Notes: generated from the letters alone by a model not told the origin. A stretch of 64,000 bases of DNA from Patescibacteria group bacterium (GCA_038078835.1 JBBTQI010000003.1:2196-66195); one strand, 5' to 3'; shown: positions 36,236 to 47,386, counted from the first letter of the stretch. Program-made: numbers and translations.

Positions 36236-37672
36236 TTGGCAACCGGTCGGCAAAATCGGGAGGAGTACGAGGCCTTAAGGCGCAACCTTAAGGCGGCAAT
36301 CGGGCGGCGGAGTCCGACCGTTTATAGCATTGCCCAAAAGATGAACTCCTTGGGCGTCTCCGACCCCGAGCTGGGACCGATCATTGAAGCCCTCGCTTCC
36401 CGCCAATTCAGCGCTATGGCCGAAGCCCAGCGCCATTTTGGCGTGAAAACACCATCAAACCGCCCTGATTCGGCCAGACCATCGGAATCGCCAGGGAGCG
36501 GAACTGAAACCGGCACTCCCTTTGAAAATGCCGGCGAGGGCATCAAGGCCAAGAAACCGAGTGATATCGGCCGGATCGGACAGGTCGCTAAAAATATCAG
36601 AGACCTGCAAAAGCGAGCTCAAAACTACCTTCGCGCCCTCAAGGCGGCCGGCATTTTGGCCAATCCCTGGACATGGGTGGTGATCGGCATTGCGATTTTA
36701 ATTATCCTAATTATTCTCTTTGTCGTCATTCTCTCGATTGTTTTGAACAAAAACCAGATGACGCCCCATCCCGGCGGCAAATCCCAAGCCCAGGCCGCCG
36801 ACCCCATCGCCGACCGCGAATTTGTCCGGAAATTACTGGCTCTAACCGGAGACCAAGATATTAAAAACGAGGCGATCGCCGGCAACAATAAAAAACTGCT
36901 AACCCAAATCGACGACCTCATTACCGAGATCAGAAAGCCGGAAAACGCCGACCTTCCCGATCGCGACCAAATTAAAAAGGACTATCTCGCCATCAGGGAT
37001 ATCGCTCAAAATATCAGCCCCAGCAATTCCAATAATGCCGCTCTCTACGACCAGGTTATCGCCAAGCTTAAAGAAACAAGAAAATATCTCTCCGCTCCCC
37101 TCGCCGCCTACCCCGGCCCTTCGACCTTGCCGCTAAATTTGCCTCGGGATCAAATTAGAACCGGGAATAGCCTTCACCATTGCACCCGCTGGCGGCCAGA
37201 TCACTGTTTTAAAGGCTCTGGTCACGGCACCTTTGTAATGAACAGTAGCAAGCGCTCCGATGCCGTTGATCTCTCACCCACTACAAAACCTGTCCACGAT
37301 GTCAAAATCATCGCCGTTTTCGACGGCACTATTAAAGATAAAGAGCATGGCGGTGTAGACACCAAGAAAGAGTATTTTTATCTCACCGATACAACTGGCC
37401 AATATAAGGCGGTTTATGCCCACGTTAAGCTCAATGATGGTACAAAAAATGTTAAGAAGGGCGATGAAATCGGCTATATTCTCGACAGTATCGGCCATCT
37501 TCACTTTGAGCTTTACCAAATTACAAAGATCGGTTTGAGGCCATTAAATTATACCGAGGAAGATATTAAAGCTTGCGGCCTGGATAAAAATCCGCTCACT
37601 CCCAACTGCCCCAACGGCCGCCGCATCGGTGATTATTATTGGGATTACCTTACTTTGATTTTGCAGAAATGA
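36236..37672 (+). CDS. Membrane-anchored M23-family peptidase
   Basis: DAVDL, IIAVFDGTI, VYAHV, VKKGDEIGY, GHLHFE; TTG at 36236 after AGGAGG. Confidence 0.72.
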   Translation: MATGRQNREEYEALRRNLKAAIGRRSPTVYSIAQKMNSLGVSDPELGPIIEALASRQFSAMAEAQRHFGVKTPSNRPDSARPSESPGSGTETGTPFENAGEGIKAKKPSDIGRIGQVAKNIRDLQKRAQNYLRALKAAGILANPWTWVVIGIAILIILIILFVVILSIVLNKNQMTPHPGGKSQAQAADPIADREFVRKLLALTGDQDIKNEAIAGNNKKLLTQIDDLITEIRKPENADLPDRDQIKKDYLAIRDIAQNISPSNSNNAALYDQVIAKLKETRKYLSAPLAAYPGPSTLPLNLPRDQIRTGNSLHHCTRWRPDHCFKGSGHGTFVMNSSKRSDAVDLSPTTKPVHDVKIIAVFDGTIKDKEHGGVDTKKEYFYLTDTTGQYKAVYAHVKLNDGTKNVKKGDEIGYILDSIGHLHFELYQITKIGLRPLNYTEEDIKACGLDKNPLTPNCPNGRRIGDYYWDYLTLILQK

Positions 37673-40600
37673 AAGCGGTTTTCCAAAAATCTATCTGTAT
37701 TCTTCTGGTAATCGGGTCGCTTTTAATTCAAGTGGCGCCGATTCTGTCGTTTCCAACAAAAGTTAGAGCCCAAGAAGACATCGCCAATGAAACAACCAAT
37801 CTTAATGTGGAAACGGTCGGACCAGATGGTGAAATCTATGGTGATGTCCCGCCAGAAGTTAAGGCGTACGAAGAAACTAACTCCATCTATGATCAGATGG
37901 AGAAGCTTTACGACTTTGCCGAGGAAGCCAATTTCCGCGACGATGATCCCACCCGCCTCTCGCCAAGCGATCTCTTTGGCACGAGCGATGCAAGGATAAT
38001 TCTGCGGCAGTCGGATTATCTCAAGGTCAAAGCCCTTTACTGCATCTCGGAGTCGGTCGGGGGGTATCCCGACTACGAGAATGATCTGGCGCTTTTAGCT
38101 AAGGATTCGGGGCGAGACGAGGGCAAGCTCACCGAACTCAAAAACAGCCTGGCTGTGGCTGATCGGGTCGAGTTCAGACGAATTATGCGGGGCACCCTGG
38201 TCAAGTGGGGTGAGAGTTACGATATTAAAGCGAAACTCAAGGATGAGGCAAATCTCCGGACACTTGAGTGCATCACCGGCCTCTCCGGCAACGCGCTGGC
38301 CGAGCTTCGCGCCAGCCAAAAGGAGAAACTGGATCCGATTATCGACGATGCCGTGGAGGGATTGAAGATCGACATTAGAATTATAAAGACCCTCGTTTAT
38401 CTTGTCACACCAAAAGAGAAGGGTGGAGCGGGGCATTATCGTATTCGAGTCCACCGCATCTTTCAGATCAAAGAGCTCTCGACCGAATCCGATGCCATCC
38501 TCGGCCGCAACTTAAAACAGCAAAAGGACGGCACGGCCGCCGATATCGGCCAGGCCGAACGGGAAGGCGCCGATGCCACAATTGAGGATGCCTCCGGCAA
38601 CGCTGTCGCCGATGCCTATCTCGAAGAGATAACGCAAGAAGAGGACAAGGTTGAGGCCAACCGCTCCGCCCACGCCGACGGCCAGGCGGTTGATATTTCC
38701 GAGATTGACGACATTCGCTGCACCGTTGTCGGCCGGCGACGAGTAGGACAAGACAAAGTCGAGAACAAACCGGCCCAGCCCGTCCGACTGTCTTGGCAAA
38801 CCAATGATGGCTACAGCGCCTCCGGCGGCAACAACGCCTATGATCTTATGGAGCTGATGCGGGAAAGCGCCAAGGAAAGCCTGCGCGAGCTGGCCAATGG
38901 TCTCGGCGGCGACATCACCGATTACGAGGGCGACCTCTCCAGGGCCAACCTCGAGGACTTAACCACCCTGATCGGCAAATCGCTCTTTGCCGAGATCATT
39001 AACTCTCCCGGCGCTTTTCTTTCGGGCTACGATGTCGGCGACACGATGGAGAAGCTGGGGTCGATGTATCTGGCCGATTACCTCGGTCTCCCGCGCGAAG
39101 TCTTTGCCGGGCGCGGCATCGAGAGCTTTGACGACATCTCCGTCCTGGTCGGCGAGGCTTCGATTGAAAAGAAGCTGAATCAGCCGATCGGCCTGCTCGA
39201 GCCGATTATGGAGCCCTCGCCTGGAAATAGTCTCTCCGATCTTGAATTTTGGCTGCGCCAGATCGGCCGGCGCAAGATCGCTCTGGAGATGAATTTAAAC
39301 CTAAACGACCTCGTCGATTACTCCGGTGATAAGCCGATATCTCTTCTGGTGGGTCAAAAGGCGATCGAGAAGGGTATTGATCTTCCCCCCGGCTCCTTCA
39401 ATTATCACAGCGCCAGCTTTAACGAGCTCAAAAGTCATATCGGCACGATTAAGGTCCAAGTCATTCAAACCGACCCCGCCTGGGTCGATCGGACGCTTCA
39501 CATTCCTCTCGGTTCAACCAAGAAATTATTGGACAACAAGGATAGCGAGGAGGCTCTGGCCGAATTCATCGCTTTGGTCGGAACCACCCGGATTGAAGAC
39601 ACGGTCAGAGGATTTAAATACCTTGCCGCTCACAGCAGTGCGTACAACCTGCCGGATGACGACTGGGAGAGAGCGGTCAACGGCGACCCTGACGGCCTAA
39701 CTCAGATCGGCATCTTTATGGCCGCCCGCGCTTTTGCCGAGGATAATGACGACTACCAGCGTCTGGCCATCCAGCAATGGATTAATGATGCGGTGAGCGG
39801 CTCTGATAACGGCGCTTGCGTCAATAATCCTTACATTAAAAAGAACGTTGAGATTGCCAAAGCCGAACCCCAGTTGGTTCTGACCGAGAGCGGACAATTT
39901 AAGGAGATCACCATCTCCGAGGACAGCGCCCGCAAGGCCGGTCTGGCCGAGGGCGATCTCTGCCAGATGTTCGGACAGAAGGCCGCCGCCGCCTATGATA
40001 TCTTTGAGCGCATCGGCGAGCGCTATCTCTACTATGCTTTTGTCAACGCTGTCGCCAACGAAGAGAGAGTCAAGGTCGATTTGATGCAGGATCCCGCTTA
40101 CCATATCACCAACACCGAAGTTCTCTTCTACACCACCCGGGTTGAAAAAGCTCAGACGCTCTCCAAGAAGATCAAAAAAGATTGGGAAACGCTCAAGAAA
40201 GACGAGCGCCTAAAAGATGATCCCGAACTGATGAGCGCGCTTGACGAGATCATCGCCGCCTCGGCTGATATCTCCTCCACCCAAACCAATATATCCGGCA
40301 TCAGAGATAAGTCGCGGCAGCTAACCGCCAAGAGCAGCCGGATCAGCGCCCGGCTTCGGCAAAAGAGAGCCGAACTCTCCGATCTCTCCGACCACATTAA
40401 CGCGCTGGTTCGGGACACCCGGGAGCTCTATCGAACAGTGATGGAGTTAATCGAGGGCCAGCCGATTCCGGCCGCCTCGCTCCTGGAGGCCAACCAGATT
40501 AAAACGACCGATTTAAGCCGGCGCGAGAACGGCCGCAACAATAGTAATGTCAAAGTTACGACCGCGCCGACGCTGGTCGCCGCTTTTCTCAAGGGCCGGA

Positions 40601-43600
40601 TCAAGCCGGCACAATTCTTCAAGAAGCTGGCGATATCCAAAGTCGAATCCGAACTCAACCTCCCCAAAAATTCCGTCACCTATTACGTCCAAAACTGGGA
40701 GATCAAAGGGGTCGAGGGTAATAATATCGACGCTTTCTATCAGGCGATCGGCCAGGCCAAAATTGAGGAGAAGCTGGGTCTGCCGGAATTTTATTTCCAG
40801 GGACCGATCTATAAAGATGTTAAGGATTACAGCCAAATTGCCTGCAATGCCATCCAAGACGGCGACAATTGGCAGCTGGCGGTGGATGAACGCTCCGATA
40901 AGCTGTACGGCGAACTTCAAAATTTCTATCGAGAATCGAACAAAACAATCAAAGTTCCAGGAAGCGGCGACAATATCAACATCGACAACGAGAATCAGGT
41001 TTGCGATCTCCTCCTTCGAGCCAAGAGCGGCACGGCCGTCCGCCACCGGGAAGCCAAGCAGGTCTGGCGCGAGATTGAACGGGCCGCTATCTCGATCTTT
41101 CGGCGAGAGCAGAATGAAAAGAACAAAAATACCGACAGCACTATGACCGATGTCGCCAGGAATGTCGATTATCAGAAACTCGCCGACGGCATCAGGGGCG
41201 GCAACAATGATGTTATGCTCCGCTTCGGTCTGGCCGGCAGCCTGGAAGCCGCTTTTAATCAACTTTATTGGTCAGCTAATCCGGGCAGCCGGCAGCGCGC
41301 CGAGAAAATTGATCGTGATCTGGGCATTACCGCCGCCGGCAAAAGTCGATCCACCAACACCCAGGCTCTCTTTACCGGCGAAACTCTTCTCTGGCGCGAC
41401 GGCCAGGATATGCTGACGGAGACGGAGAAAAATTCTCTTGCCGAGAGCGGACTCACCCTCACGCAAACCCTCTCCGGCACAGAGGAATATGCGCGTAAAA
41501 TCGCTCTGTCGGAGGATGTTTTAAACCGTTATCTTCAGGTCCTAAACAACGAGATCGACCTAAACGGTTTTAAGAACTACAAACAGCATCCCGTCTCTTA
41601 TAATTCGACCAATCGCTACCAAAAGGACAGAAGAACCAATGACGACGCCGAGAAGAGCTGCAAGATAACCTACACCAAAAAGGATGGCTTTGAGGTGGCG
41701 GAAAACTCGATTCAGGATGACGCCTATGTCTATGTTGACGCCCAAGGCAAGCCCTACTCCTTCCGCAATAAGGAGGCGGCGGCGGCCTTTATTAAGGGAC
41801 AGGGATTTGAGGAGCAATATTATATCTCGCTCTTAGCTCAATACCTCTATGATCTCGGCCAATATATTCAATCCGAATATGGTCCCTTTAGCCAGGAGTA
41901 CCGCGAGCGTTTCTCGTCGACTGCCCGCGTTCAGGACGCCCTGGAACGCTTCTTGCAGCAGGCGGACATTGACCTCCTGCCCTTTGCGGAAATTATCGAT
42001 AAAGCGGAGGCAAAAAATCATCAATTCACGCCGGAAAACCAGATCCTCTTCGGCAACACTTCTCTCTCTACTCTGCGCAAACTCTTCGGCCAACCTCTCC
42101 TGGCCGACAAACCCCTTCAGCGCTACCGCCATATTGTCGGCTCGGCCGAAGCTAAAAGGATATTGACCGCCACACTCCTGCGCAACGTTGGCATTACAAT
42201 CAATCCCGAAGATTTCGGACCGGAGGATTTCCTGGCCATTCTCTCCGGCGACTACCGCCCCCTCACCCGTCTGGGAGCAACCTTAATCGACAAAAGCATG
42301 GATCTTCCCCAGGGCTCAACCCGGGCGCTCTTTGCCATTCAGTCGCTGGACGATATCACCTGCGTTTTGAGTGATATCGGCGCTCAACGCCTGGGCAAGC
42401 TGGTCGGCCTGAAACGCCTGCCCCTAAACGGCGAGATCGGCGCGCACTATCTCTCCCAGCTCTATCACAATATGGGCCAGGCCAAGATCGAGGAAACTCT
42501 GGGTCTCCCCTACGGCAGTTTCCGCGGCCAGGCTCTCTCAACTTATCCGGGCAGTCCGGGCCTCATCGAGAACATTGGGCACCTTAACTTTGCCCTGGCT
42601 TTTGAAATCCCCCTTGAGGGCGTAATTGAAGGTTCAAATGAGACTATCGCCAGCGCCGCCCTCCAGGTTATCGGCGAGATAATGGGCCAGGCCGCGGTTG
42701 AGAAGTATCGGAAAGCCTCAACAACCAATCTCTTAAAGCTCATTCGCGACAATCTGGCTTACACTACCAGCCGCAAGATCAATTCATTAGAATCTCTCGA
42801 TCGGACAATATATTACCGGGTTTCCGAACTAGTCAAAGCCGATGACAAAAACGGCAAGTTCTGGCAGGGCGATCTTAAAAAAGAAACGGAGGACTTCTTT
42901 GCCCGCCTGCGCTATCTCGACGGCGTCTTTGAGCTTGATTCCCTCTCGGCCGACAGTCGAACCTTCGCCCTCTTTAACGGCAAAATTAAGCCCGACGCTT
43001 ACGCCGAGCGGGTGGCGGCGATGATGGCCCGGCGCTTAACCGCAACCTCATTGGCTAACGCCTTCGGTATTGACGAGGAGGACGCTAAGGACGCTAAGGC
43101 CGCCTATGAGATTATCCGCAACTGGAACAATATCTTTCACTGCTATGATAAAGACTTCAATTCATACTCCGGTCCCATGGGGCTTGACGATGCCTGCGCC
43201 GGCTGGAACCAGAACTGGGGCAAGCTCTATGACGGCTTAAGTAAAATTGTCGATGTCGATCTGGATGACCGGGCCGGCTTGTCGGACGGCAGTATGCGGG
43301 CGATGATCAACAATCCCGAGATCGCCCCCCAGATTCTTCTGGCCAACGGCGCCGCCGATCTGGATGAGAAGTGGGAGCTTGACACACCCTCTGCCGCCGA
43401 TATAACCGGCGCCGTCATTGGCGCTCTCGGCGGGAGTGGTATTGCCGACATTAAAGACGGCACCTTTGCCACCGCCTATACTTCAGCCCTGAATTGGCAG
43501 GCTTATAAAAACTTTACTCCGGCCGAGCGGGCCAACCTGAGCAATGTCCGGAGTTTTTGCGCCAAAAACTACGCCGATCCCGACTTAAATTTGCTGACCG

Positions 43601-45960
43601 CCGCCGAACGGGAACAACTCGAGAGTAAAAGCGGCGACAAGGTTACGCTCGATATTATCCGCGACCGGGCCATCCGCCGCTGTAGCGAAAATTACCGGCT
43701 GGATGGATCGATTGATCCTCCGACCAAACAGGCGGGCAAAAACCGCTATGCCGGACTTCAAAGATATCTTTCCGGCCGCATCTCGGCCAAAATCAGCGAC
43801 GCGACCGGGGGAACAATTAAAATGCCGGCGGCCGACCTCGAACGGCTCGTCTTTGAGGGCGATATGCGCTTTGTGGAGATTGCCGCCGTCTCTTATCTTA
43901 TGAATATTACCGTCAATGACACCGGCGGCAAGGAAAAGGCGCCCAACGGATATATCATAAGCTACGACGATATCAGGCTGGCGATTGTCGGCGACCGGGG
44001 CGCCGAGGAGAGTGCCGCCCTGACTCAGCAATACGTGGCGGCCCAAGGGGTGACCGTGGTGCCGGAGGAAGCCCAGCGGCCCTACGGCGCCACCTGCCCC
44101 GACGGCTCCTCCGATGTCCAGTGTATCGCCCTGACGCAGGACGCCAGCCAGTCTTTAGCCAGGAACCACGGCGATCTGACCAAGGCCAACACCGCCGCCA
44201 TCCGCCACGATAACGGCATCGACCCCAACCTGACCGAGGAGCAGATGAAGGAAGCGATCGCCGCCCGCCAGATCGAGTGGGAGCGCACGGTGGCGGAAAA
44301 AGATTGCCGGCGGATTACCGCAACTATTGATACAACGGAAGCCGGCCAGCAAAACGCCGCCTCGCCTGAAGATGTTGCCGCCTGCCGGCAGGCCATGGAC
44401 GGCCTCAAGCGTCTCGAGGGCGCCGACTTGGAGGGGCGCGGTCAGGCCCGCCAATACTTCCGCGACACCCTGATGTACCGCACTCTGGATATTATGCTCT
44501 GGAAGATGGACCAAAACATCTACCCGGGCTTTGCCTACGATATGATTAAGGGCAATTGGCAAACCCGCATTAAAGCTATTGGTATTTACGTCTTAAACGG
44601 CGCCGAACGAGGCGAGCTCTTCGGCCAAAAACTGCCCGAGTGGGCCAAGGAGGCCGCCGAGATCGGACTGGCAGTCGACTACCTTGTCAACATCAGCGGC
44701 CGCCGCAACGGCGACCGCGTCCTGGATCAATTCATCACCGACAGAAAAGTTTATAACTTCTTCGAAAATAAACTAAGAGACTACTTTCAGGAGCAGTTTA
44801 ACGTCGGCCTGCCGGCCGGCATCCTTGGCGGCGTTCTGATCGGCACTGTCACCAGCGACTGGGGCTTTAACACCGGCAATGAGAATTATAAATTCACCGT
44901 CGGCGGTAAGGAACAGACCTTTGCCACTCTTAAGAACATTATTGAAGAATCAGTCAAGCGAACCATTTTCCGCTGGGCCGATAAAAAACTTAATATACCG
45001 GCCGGCACGATCTACCAAGCCTATAACCTTTATCGCGACATCACCAAGGCCCGCTTCGCTCTCAACAACTTCAACGCGGCCGGCGGCGTGGCTGGAGTCG
45101 GTCTGACCAATGCCGAAAACCTTGCCTCGCTTTCAACCGGCAGTAAAGTGACATACCAAGGCGTAGAGTGGACAAAGCAGGCAGACGGCAACTTTATGGC
45201 TACGGCCGATGGTACGGATACCATTATTGATGCCGATACACTTGGCGAGGCACAAGCAACCAAACAGGGCGACACTCTTAAACAGGGTATCAATGCCGCC
45301 AAGGCCGCCTTTGTTACTTATGTCGTCACAACGGTAGTTAACAAACTCTTCGGCGAGGCGATGGCCAAGTTCGATCAATCCTTAGGATTGGTGCCGGGAA
45401 CAACGGGAATGATTGTTAACACAGCGATCGGCGTCGGCGTCGGTATGGCCTTTGGTATTATGCCCGATCCTTGGTTGATCGGCGCCCAACTCCTTTATAT
45501 CGTTGCGATGAATCTCTTTAGTGTTTACAAAACCGACGTTTACTGTACCGCTGACGGCTTTTACCCCGACAAGCAAGCCGCCCGGCGGACGCAGCAGTTA
45601 AACTCGGCGGTTAATCCGACCGGGCTGGGCATTTGGGACGGCAGCAACACCGACACCCATCGTGATAAGTCGATCGGCGCCGCTCAAGCCCGCGCCCGCC
45701 AGCTTATCGGCGATGTTTTGCAAATGCAGTTTAATCCCTACTTTGCCGATGTTATTCCCAACCAGATAATGACCGGGCGCGAGGAGGATGTTGCCTACTG
45801 GAACGAACTCGCTAATGAAAACTTATGCCGCCGTATGGGGCCGGAGTGGAGTGCTGATGCTGCCGGCGTCTGCACCACCAGCGAAACTCATACCCCGGAT
45901 GAACGCGCCGGAGTATGGGCCAATCCGCAGACAGTCGGGTTTACGCATATCGGTTTCTAG
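37669..45960 (+). CDS. Giant (~2760 aa) secreted/surface protein with M15-like SxHxxGxAxD motif and degenerate internal repeats
   Basis: Signal-peptide-like start (ATGA overlap), SAHADGQAVDI, recurring G.A.IE..L.LP.GS, hydrophobic C-terminal helices. Confidence 0.8.
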   Translation: MKAVFQKSICILLVIGSLLIQVAPILSFPTKVRAQEDIANETTNLNVETVGPDGEIYGDVPPEVKAYEETNSIYDQMEKLYDFAEEANFRDDDPTRLSPSDLFGTSDARIILRQSDYLKVKALYCISESVGGYPDYENDLALLAKDSGRDEGKLTELKNSLAVADRVEFRRIMRGTLVKWGESYDIKAKLKDEANLRTLECITGLSGNALAELRASQKEKLDPIIDDAVEGLKIDIRIIKTLVYLVTPKEKGGAGHYRIRVHRIFQIKELSTESDAILGRNLKQQKDGTAADIGQAEREGADATIEDASGNAVADAYLEEITQEEDKVEANRSAHADGQAVDISEIDDIRCTVVGRRRVGQDKVENKPAQPVRLSWQTNDGYSASGGNNAYDLMELMRESAKESLRELANGLGGDITDYEGDLSRANLEDLTTLIGKSLFAEIINSPGAFLSGYDVGDTMEKLGSMYLADYLGLPREVFAGRGIESFDDISVLVGEASIEKKLNQPIGLLEPIMEPSPGNSLSDLEFWLRQIGRRKIALEMNLNLNDLVDYSGDKPISLLVGQKAIEKGIDLPPGSFNYHSASFNELKSHIGTIKVQVIQTDPAWVDRTLHIPLGSTKKLLDNKDSEEALAEFIALVGTTRIEDTVRGFKYLAAHSSAYNLPDDDWERAVNGDPDGLTQIGIFMAARAFAEDNDDYQRLAIQQWINDAVSGSDNGACVNNPYIKKNVEIAKAEPQLVLTESGQFKEITISEDSARKAGLAEGDLCQMFGQKAAAAYDIFERIGERYLYYAFVNAVANEERVKVDLMQDPAYHITNTEVLFYTTRVEKAQTLSKKIKKDWETLKKDERLKDDPELMSALDEIIAASADISSTQTNISGIRDKSRQLTAKSSRISARLRQKRAELSDLSDHINALVRDTRELYRTVMELIEGQPIPAASLLEANQIKTTDLSRRENGRNNSNVKVTTAPTLVAAFLKGRIKPAQFFKKLAISKVESELNLPKNSVTYYVQNWEIKGVEGNNIDAFYQAIGQAKIEEKLGLPEFYFQGPIYKDVKDYSQIACNAIQDGDNWQLAVDERSDKLYGELQNFYRESNKTIKVPGSGDNINIDNENQVCDLLLRAKSGTAVRHREAKQVWREIERAAISIFRREQNEKNKNTDSTMTDVARNVDYQKLADGIRGGNNDVMLRFGLAGSLEAAFNQLYWSANPGSRQRAEKIDRDLGITAAGKSRSTNTQALFTGETLLWRDGQDMLTETEKNSLAESGLTLTQTLSGTEEYARKIALSEDVLNRYLQVLNNEIDLNGFKNYKQHPVSYNSTNRYQKDRRTNDDAEKSCKITYTKKDGFEVAENSIQDDAYVYVDAQGKPYSFRNKEAAAAFIKGQGFEEQYYISLLAQYLYDLGQYIQSEYGPFSQEYRERFSSTARVQDALERFLQQADIDLLPFAEIIDKAEAKNHQFTPENQILFGNTSLSTLRKLFGQPLLADKPLQRYRHIVGSAEAKRILTATLLRNVGITINPEDFGPEDFLAILSGDYRPLTRLGATLIDKSMDLPQGSTRALFAIQSLDDITCVLSDIGAQRLGKLVGLKRLPLNGEIGAHYLSQLYHNMGQAKIEETLGLPYGSFRGQALSTYPGSPGLIENIGHLNFALAFEIPLEGVIEGSNETIASAALQVIGEIMGQAAVEKYRKASTTNLLKLIRDNLAYTTSRKINSLESLDRTIYYRVSELVKADDKNGKFWQGDLKKETEDFFARLRYLDGVFELDSLSADSRTFALFNGKIKPDAYAERVAAMMARRLTATSLANAFGIDEEDAKDAKAAYEIIRNWNNIFHCYDKDFNSYSGPMGLDDACAGWNQNWGKLYDGLSKIVDVDLDDRAGLSDGSMRAMINNPEIAPQILLANGAADLDEKWELDTPSAADITGAVIGALGGSGIADIKDGTFATAYTSALNWQAYKNFTPAERANLSNVRSFCAKNYADPDLNLLTAAEREQLESKSGDKVTLDIIRDRAIRRCSENYRLDGSIDPPTKQAGKNRYAGLQRYLSGRISAKISDATGGTIKMPAADLERLVFEGDMRFVEIAAVSYLMNITVNDTGGKEKAPNGYIISYDDIRLAIVGDRGAEESAALTQQYVAAQGVTVVPEEAQRPYGATCPDGSSDVQCIALTQDASQSLARNHGDLTKANTAAIRHDNGIDPNLTEEQMKEAIAARQIEWERTVAEKDCRRITATIDTTEAGQQNAASPEDVAACRQAMDGLKRLEGADLEGRGQARQYFRDTLMYRTLDIMLWKMDQNIYPGFAYDMIKGNWQTRIKAIGIYVLNGAERGELFGQKLPEWAKEAAEIGLAVDYLVNISGRRNGDRVLDQFITDRKVYNFFENKLRDYFQEQFNVGLPAGILGGVLIGTVTSDWGFNTGNENYKFTVGGKEQTFATLKNIIEESVKRTIFRWADKKLNIPAGTIYQAYNLYRDITKARFALNNFNAAGGVAGVGLTNAENLASLSTGSKVTYQGVEWTKQADGNFMATADGTDTIIDADTLGEAQATKQGDTLKQGINAAKAAFVTYVVTTVVNKLFGEAMAKFDQSLGLVPGTTGMIVNTAIGVGVGMAFGIMPDPWLIGAQLLYIVAMNLFSVYKTDVYCTADGFYPDKQAARRTQQLNSAVNPTGLGIWDGSNTDTHRDKSIGAAQARARQLIGDVLQMQFNPYFADVIPNQIMTGREEDVAYWNELANENLCRRMGPEWSADAAGVCTTSETHTPDERAGVWANPQTVGFTHIGF

Positions 45961-46016
45961 TGTAAAGCACCAGAAACCGATTATAAGACCTATATGTCCC
46001 ATAAGTCTTATATGAC

Positions 46017-46289
46017 TTATCCTAAATTAATAATCCTGATTGATTTCACGTACTTCTTCCCCATTTTGGAGTTAATGAGGTCGATCAGCACCTCCTCCTT
46101 CATTTGAAGTTCCTGGGCGGCGGCGGATGAGGCAACGGAAACCTTTAAAATCGCCCGGGAGAAAGATTCGGCCCGAAAAAGATCGTTGCCCTGTTCGTTG
46201 GCCAGAAAGCAAACCTGAGCGCTTAGAGCGGTTTTACCCAAGCCCTTCTTGGCCAGGGTTCCCAGTATAAAATCACCGAGTTTTTTCAT
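46017..46289 (-). CDS. dciA: DciA/DUF721 family protein
   Basis: LKVSVASSAAAQELQM..E.LI..IN..G...VKSIRI; directly downstream of recF. Confidence 0.72.
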   Translation of the reverse strand: MKKLGDFILGTLAKKGLGKTALSAQVCFLANEQGNDLFRAESFSRAILKVSVASSAAAQELQMKEEVLIDLINSKMGKKYVKSIRIINLG

Positions 46290-46303
46290 AAGTCTTATAC
46301 GTC

Positions 46304-47347
46304 TTATAATTCTATTATTTTTGCCTTCTTTAAAATCTTTTCCGGCAACAGCCCTCGGTCGGCGGCGGTGATAATTGTCTGATGATCGCTGATTAAGCTA
46401 AGCAGATGCTCCCGCCGCTGGGCATCGAACTCTGAAAAAACATCATCAAGGAGAAGAAGGGGTTCTGCACCTTCACCTCCACCCCGGGAGACGCCTTCTA
46501 AGAATTTCAGTTCGGCAACCTTTAGCGCCAAGATGGCGGACTTAATCTCCCCTCTCGAGGCAAAGTTTGCCATATCCCGATTATCCAATAAGAAGATAAG
46601 GTTGTCCGTATGCGGACCAAGATTGGTCCTCTCGTCGGCAATATCGCGGCCGCGAGAGAGGGGCAGATCCCGGACCAGATCGTTCGATCGCCGGTCATAA
46701 TTCAACTTCAACATAACATTATCAGAATTGGCAATAACCGCATAATGATCCGAGATAAAAAGATTCAGATTGTCAACAGCGCTCTGCCGTCTTTGGCCGA
46801 TAAATACACCGAGCCGAATTAACTCGCCATCCCAATAATTCAACTCGGAAACCGCAGCGCTCTTTTGCTTAATCAGACGCAAAAGGCGATTGCGCTGGCG
46901 CCTGATTTTAGTATAGTCAACCAGGGTACGCAGATACTCATAATCGGTTTGGCTGATGAGAATATCAAAAAATCGGCGGCGATCGCCGGGAGAACCGGTA
47001 ATAATCGCCATTGTCTCCGGAGAGAAGATTACCGCCCTTAAGATGCCGACAAGGCCCGTTGTCCGCCGCGGCACGCCCTTGACCCGGACCTTCATTATAA
47101 ACTGCGGTTCTCGGCATAAAACCAAATCCAGATCATCGCCGGTCAGGCGGGCAAAATTCTGGTGATAGTTAATCAAGTTCTGTTTCTTCTCCTCCCGATA
47201 AGACCGGCAGAAGGAGAGCATTGCTATCGCCTCAATAATATTGCTCTTGCCGGCGCCATTCCGACCGGTAATAATAGTAAGAGGAGAGAAATCCAGTCTT
47301 AAGTCCAGATGATTGCGAAAGTTTTGGAGATGAAGAGTTTTAAGCAT
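46304..47347 (-). CDS. recF: DNA repair protein RecF
   Basis: LQNFRNH, GRNGAGKSN, GSPGDRRRFFD, GPHTD, ASRGE, LLLDDVFSEFD. Confidence 0.95.
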   Translation of the reverse strand: MLKTLHLQNFRNHLDLRLDFSPLTIITGRNGAGKSNIIEAIAMLSFCRSYREEKKQNLINYHQNFARLTGDDLDLVLCREPQFIMKVRVKGVPRRTTGLVGILRAVIFSPETMAIITGSPGDRRRFFDILISQTDYEYLRTLVDYTKIRRQRNRLLRLIKQKSAAVSELNYWDGELIRLGVFIGQRRQSAVDNLNLFISDHYAVIANSDNVMLKLNYDRRSNDLVRDLPLSRGRDIADERTNLGPHTDNLIFLLDNRDMANFASRGEIKSAILALKVAELKFLEGVSRGGGEGAEPLLLLDDVFSEFDAQRREHLLSLISDHQTIITAADRGLLPEKILKKAKIIEL

Positions 47348-47386
47348 AAGTCTTATATGACCTATAAGACATATGGGTCTTATGGA

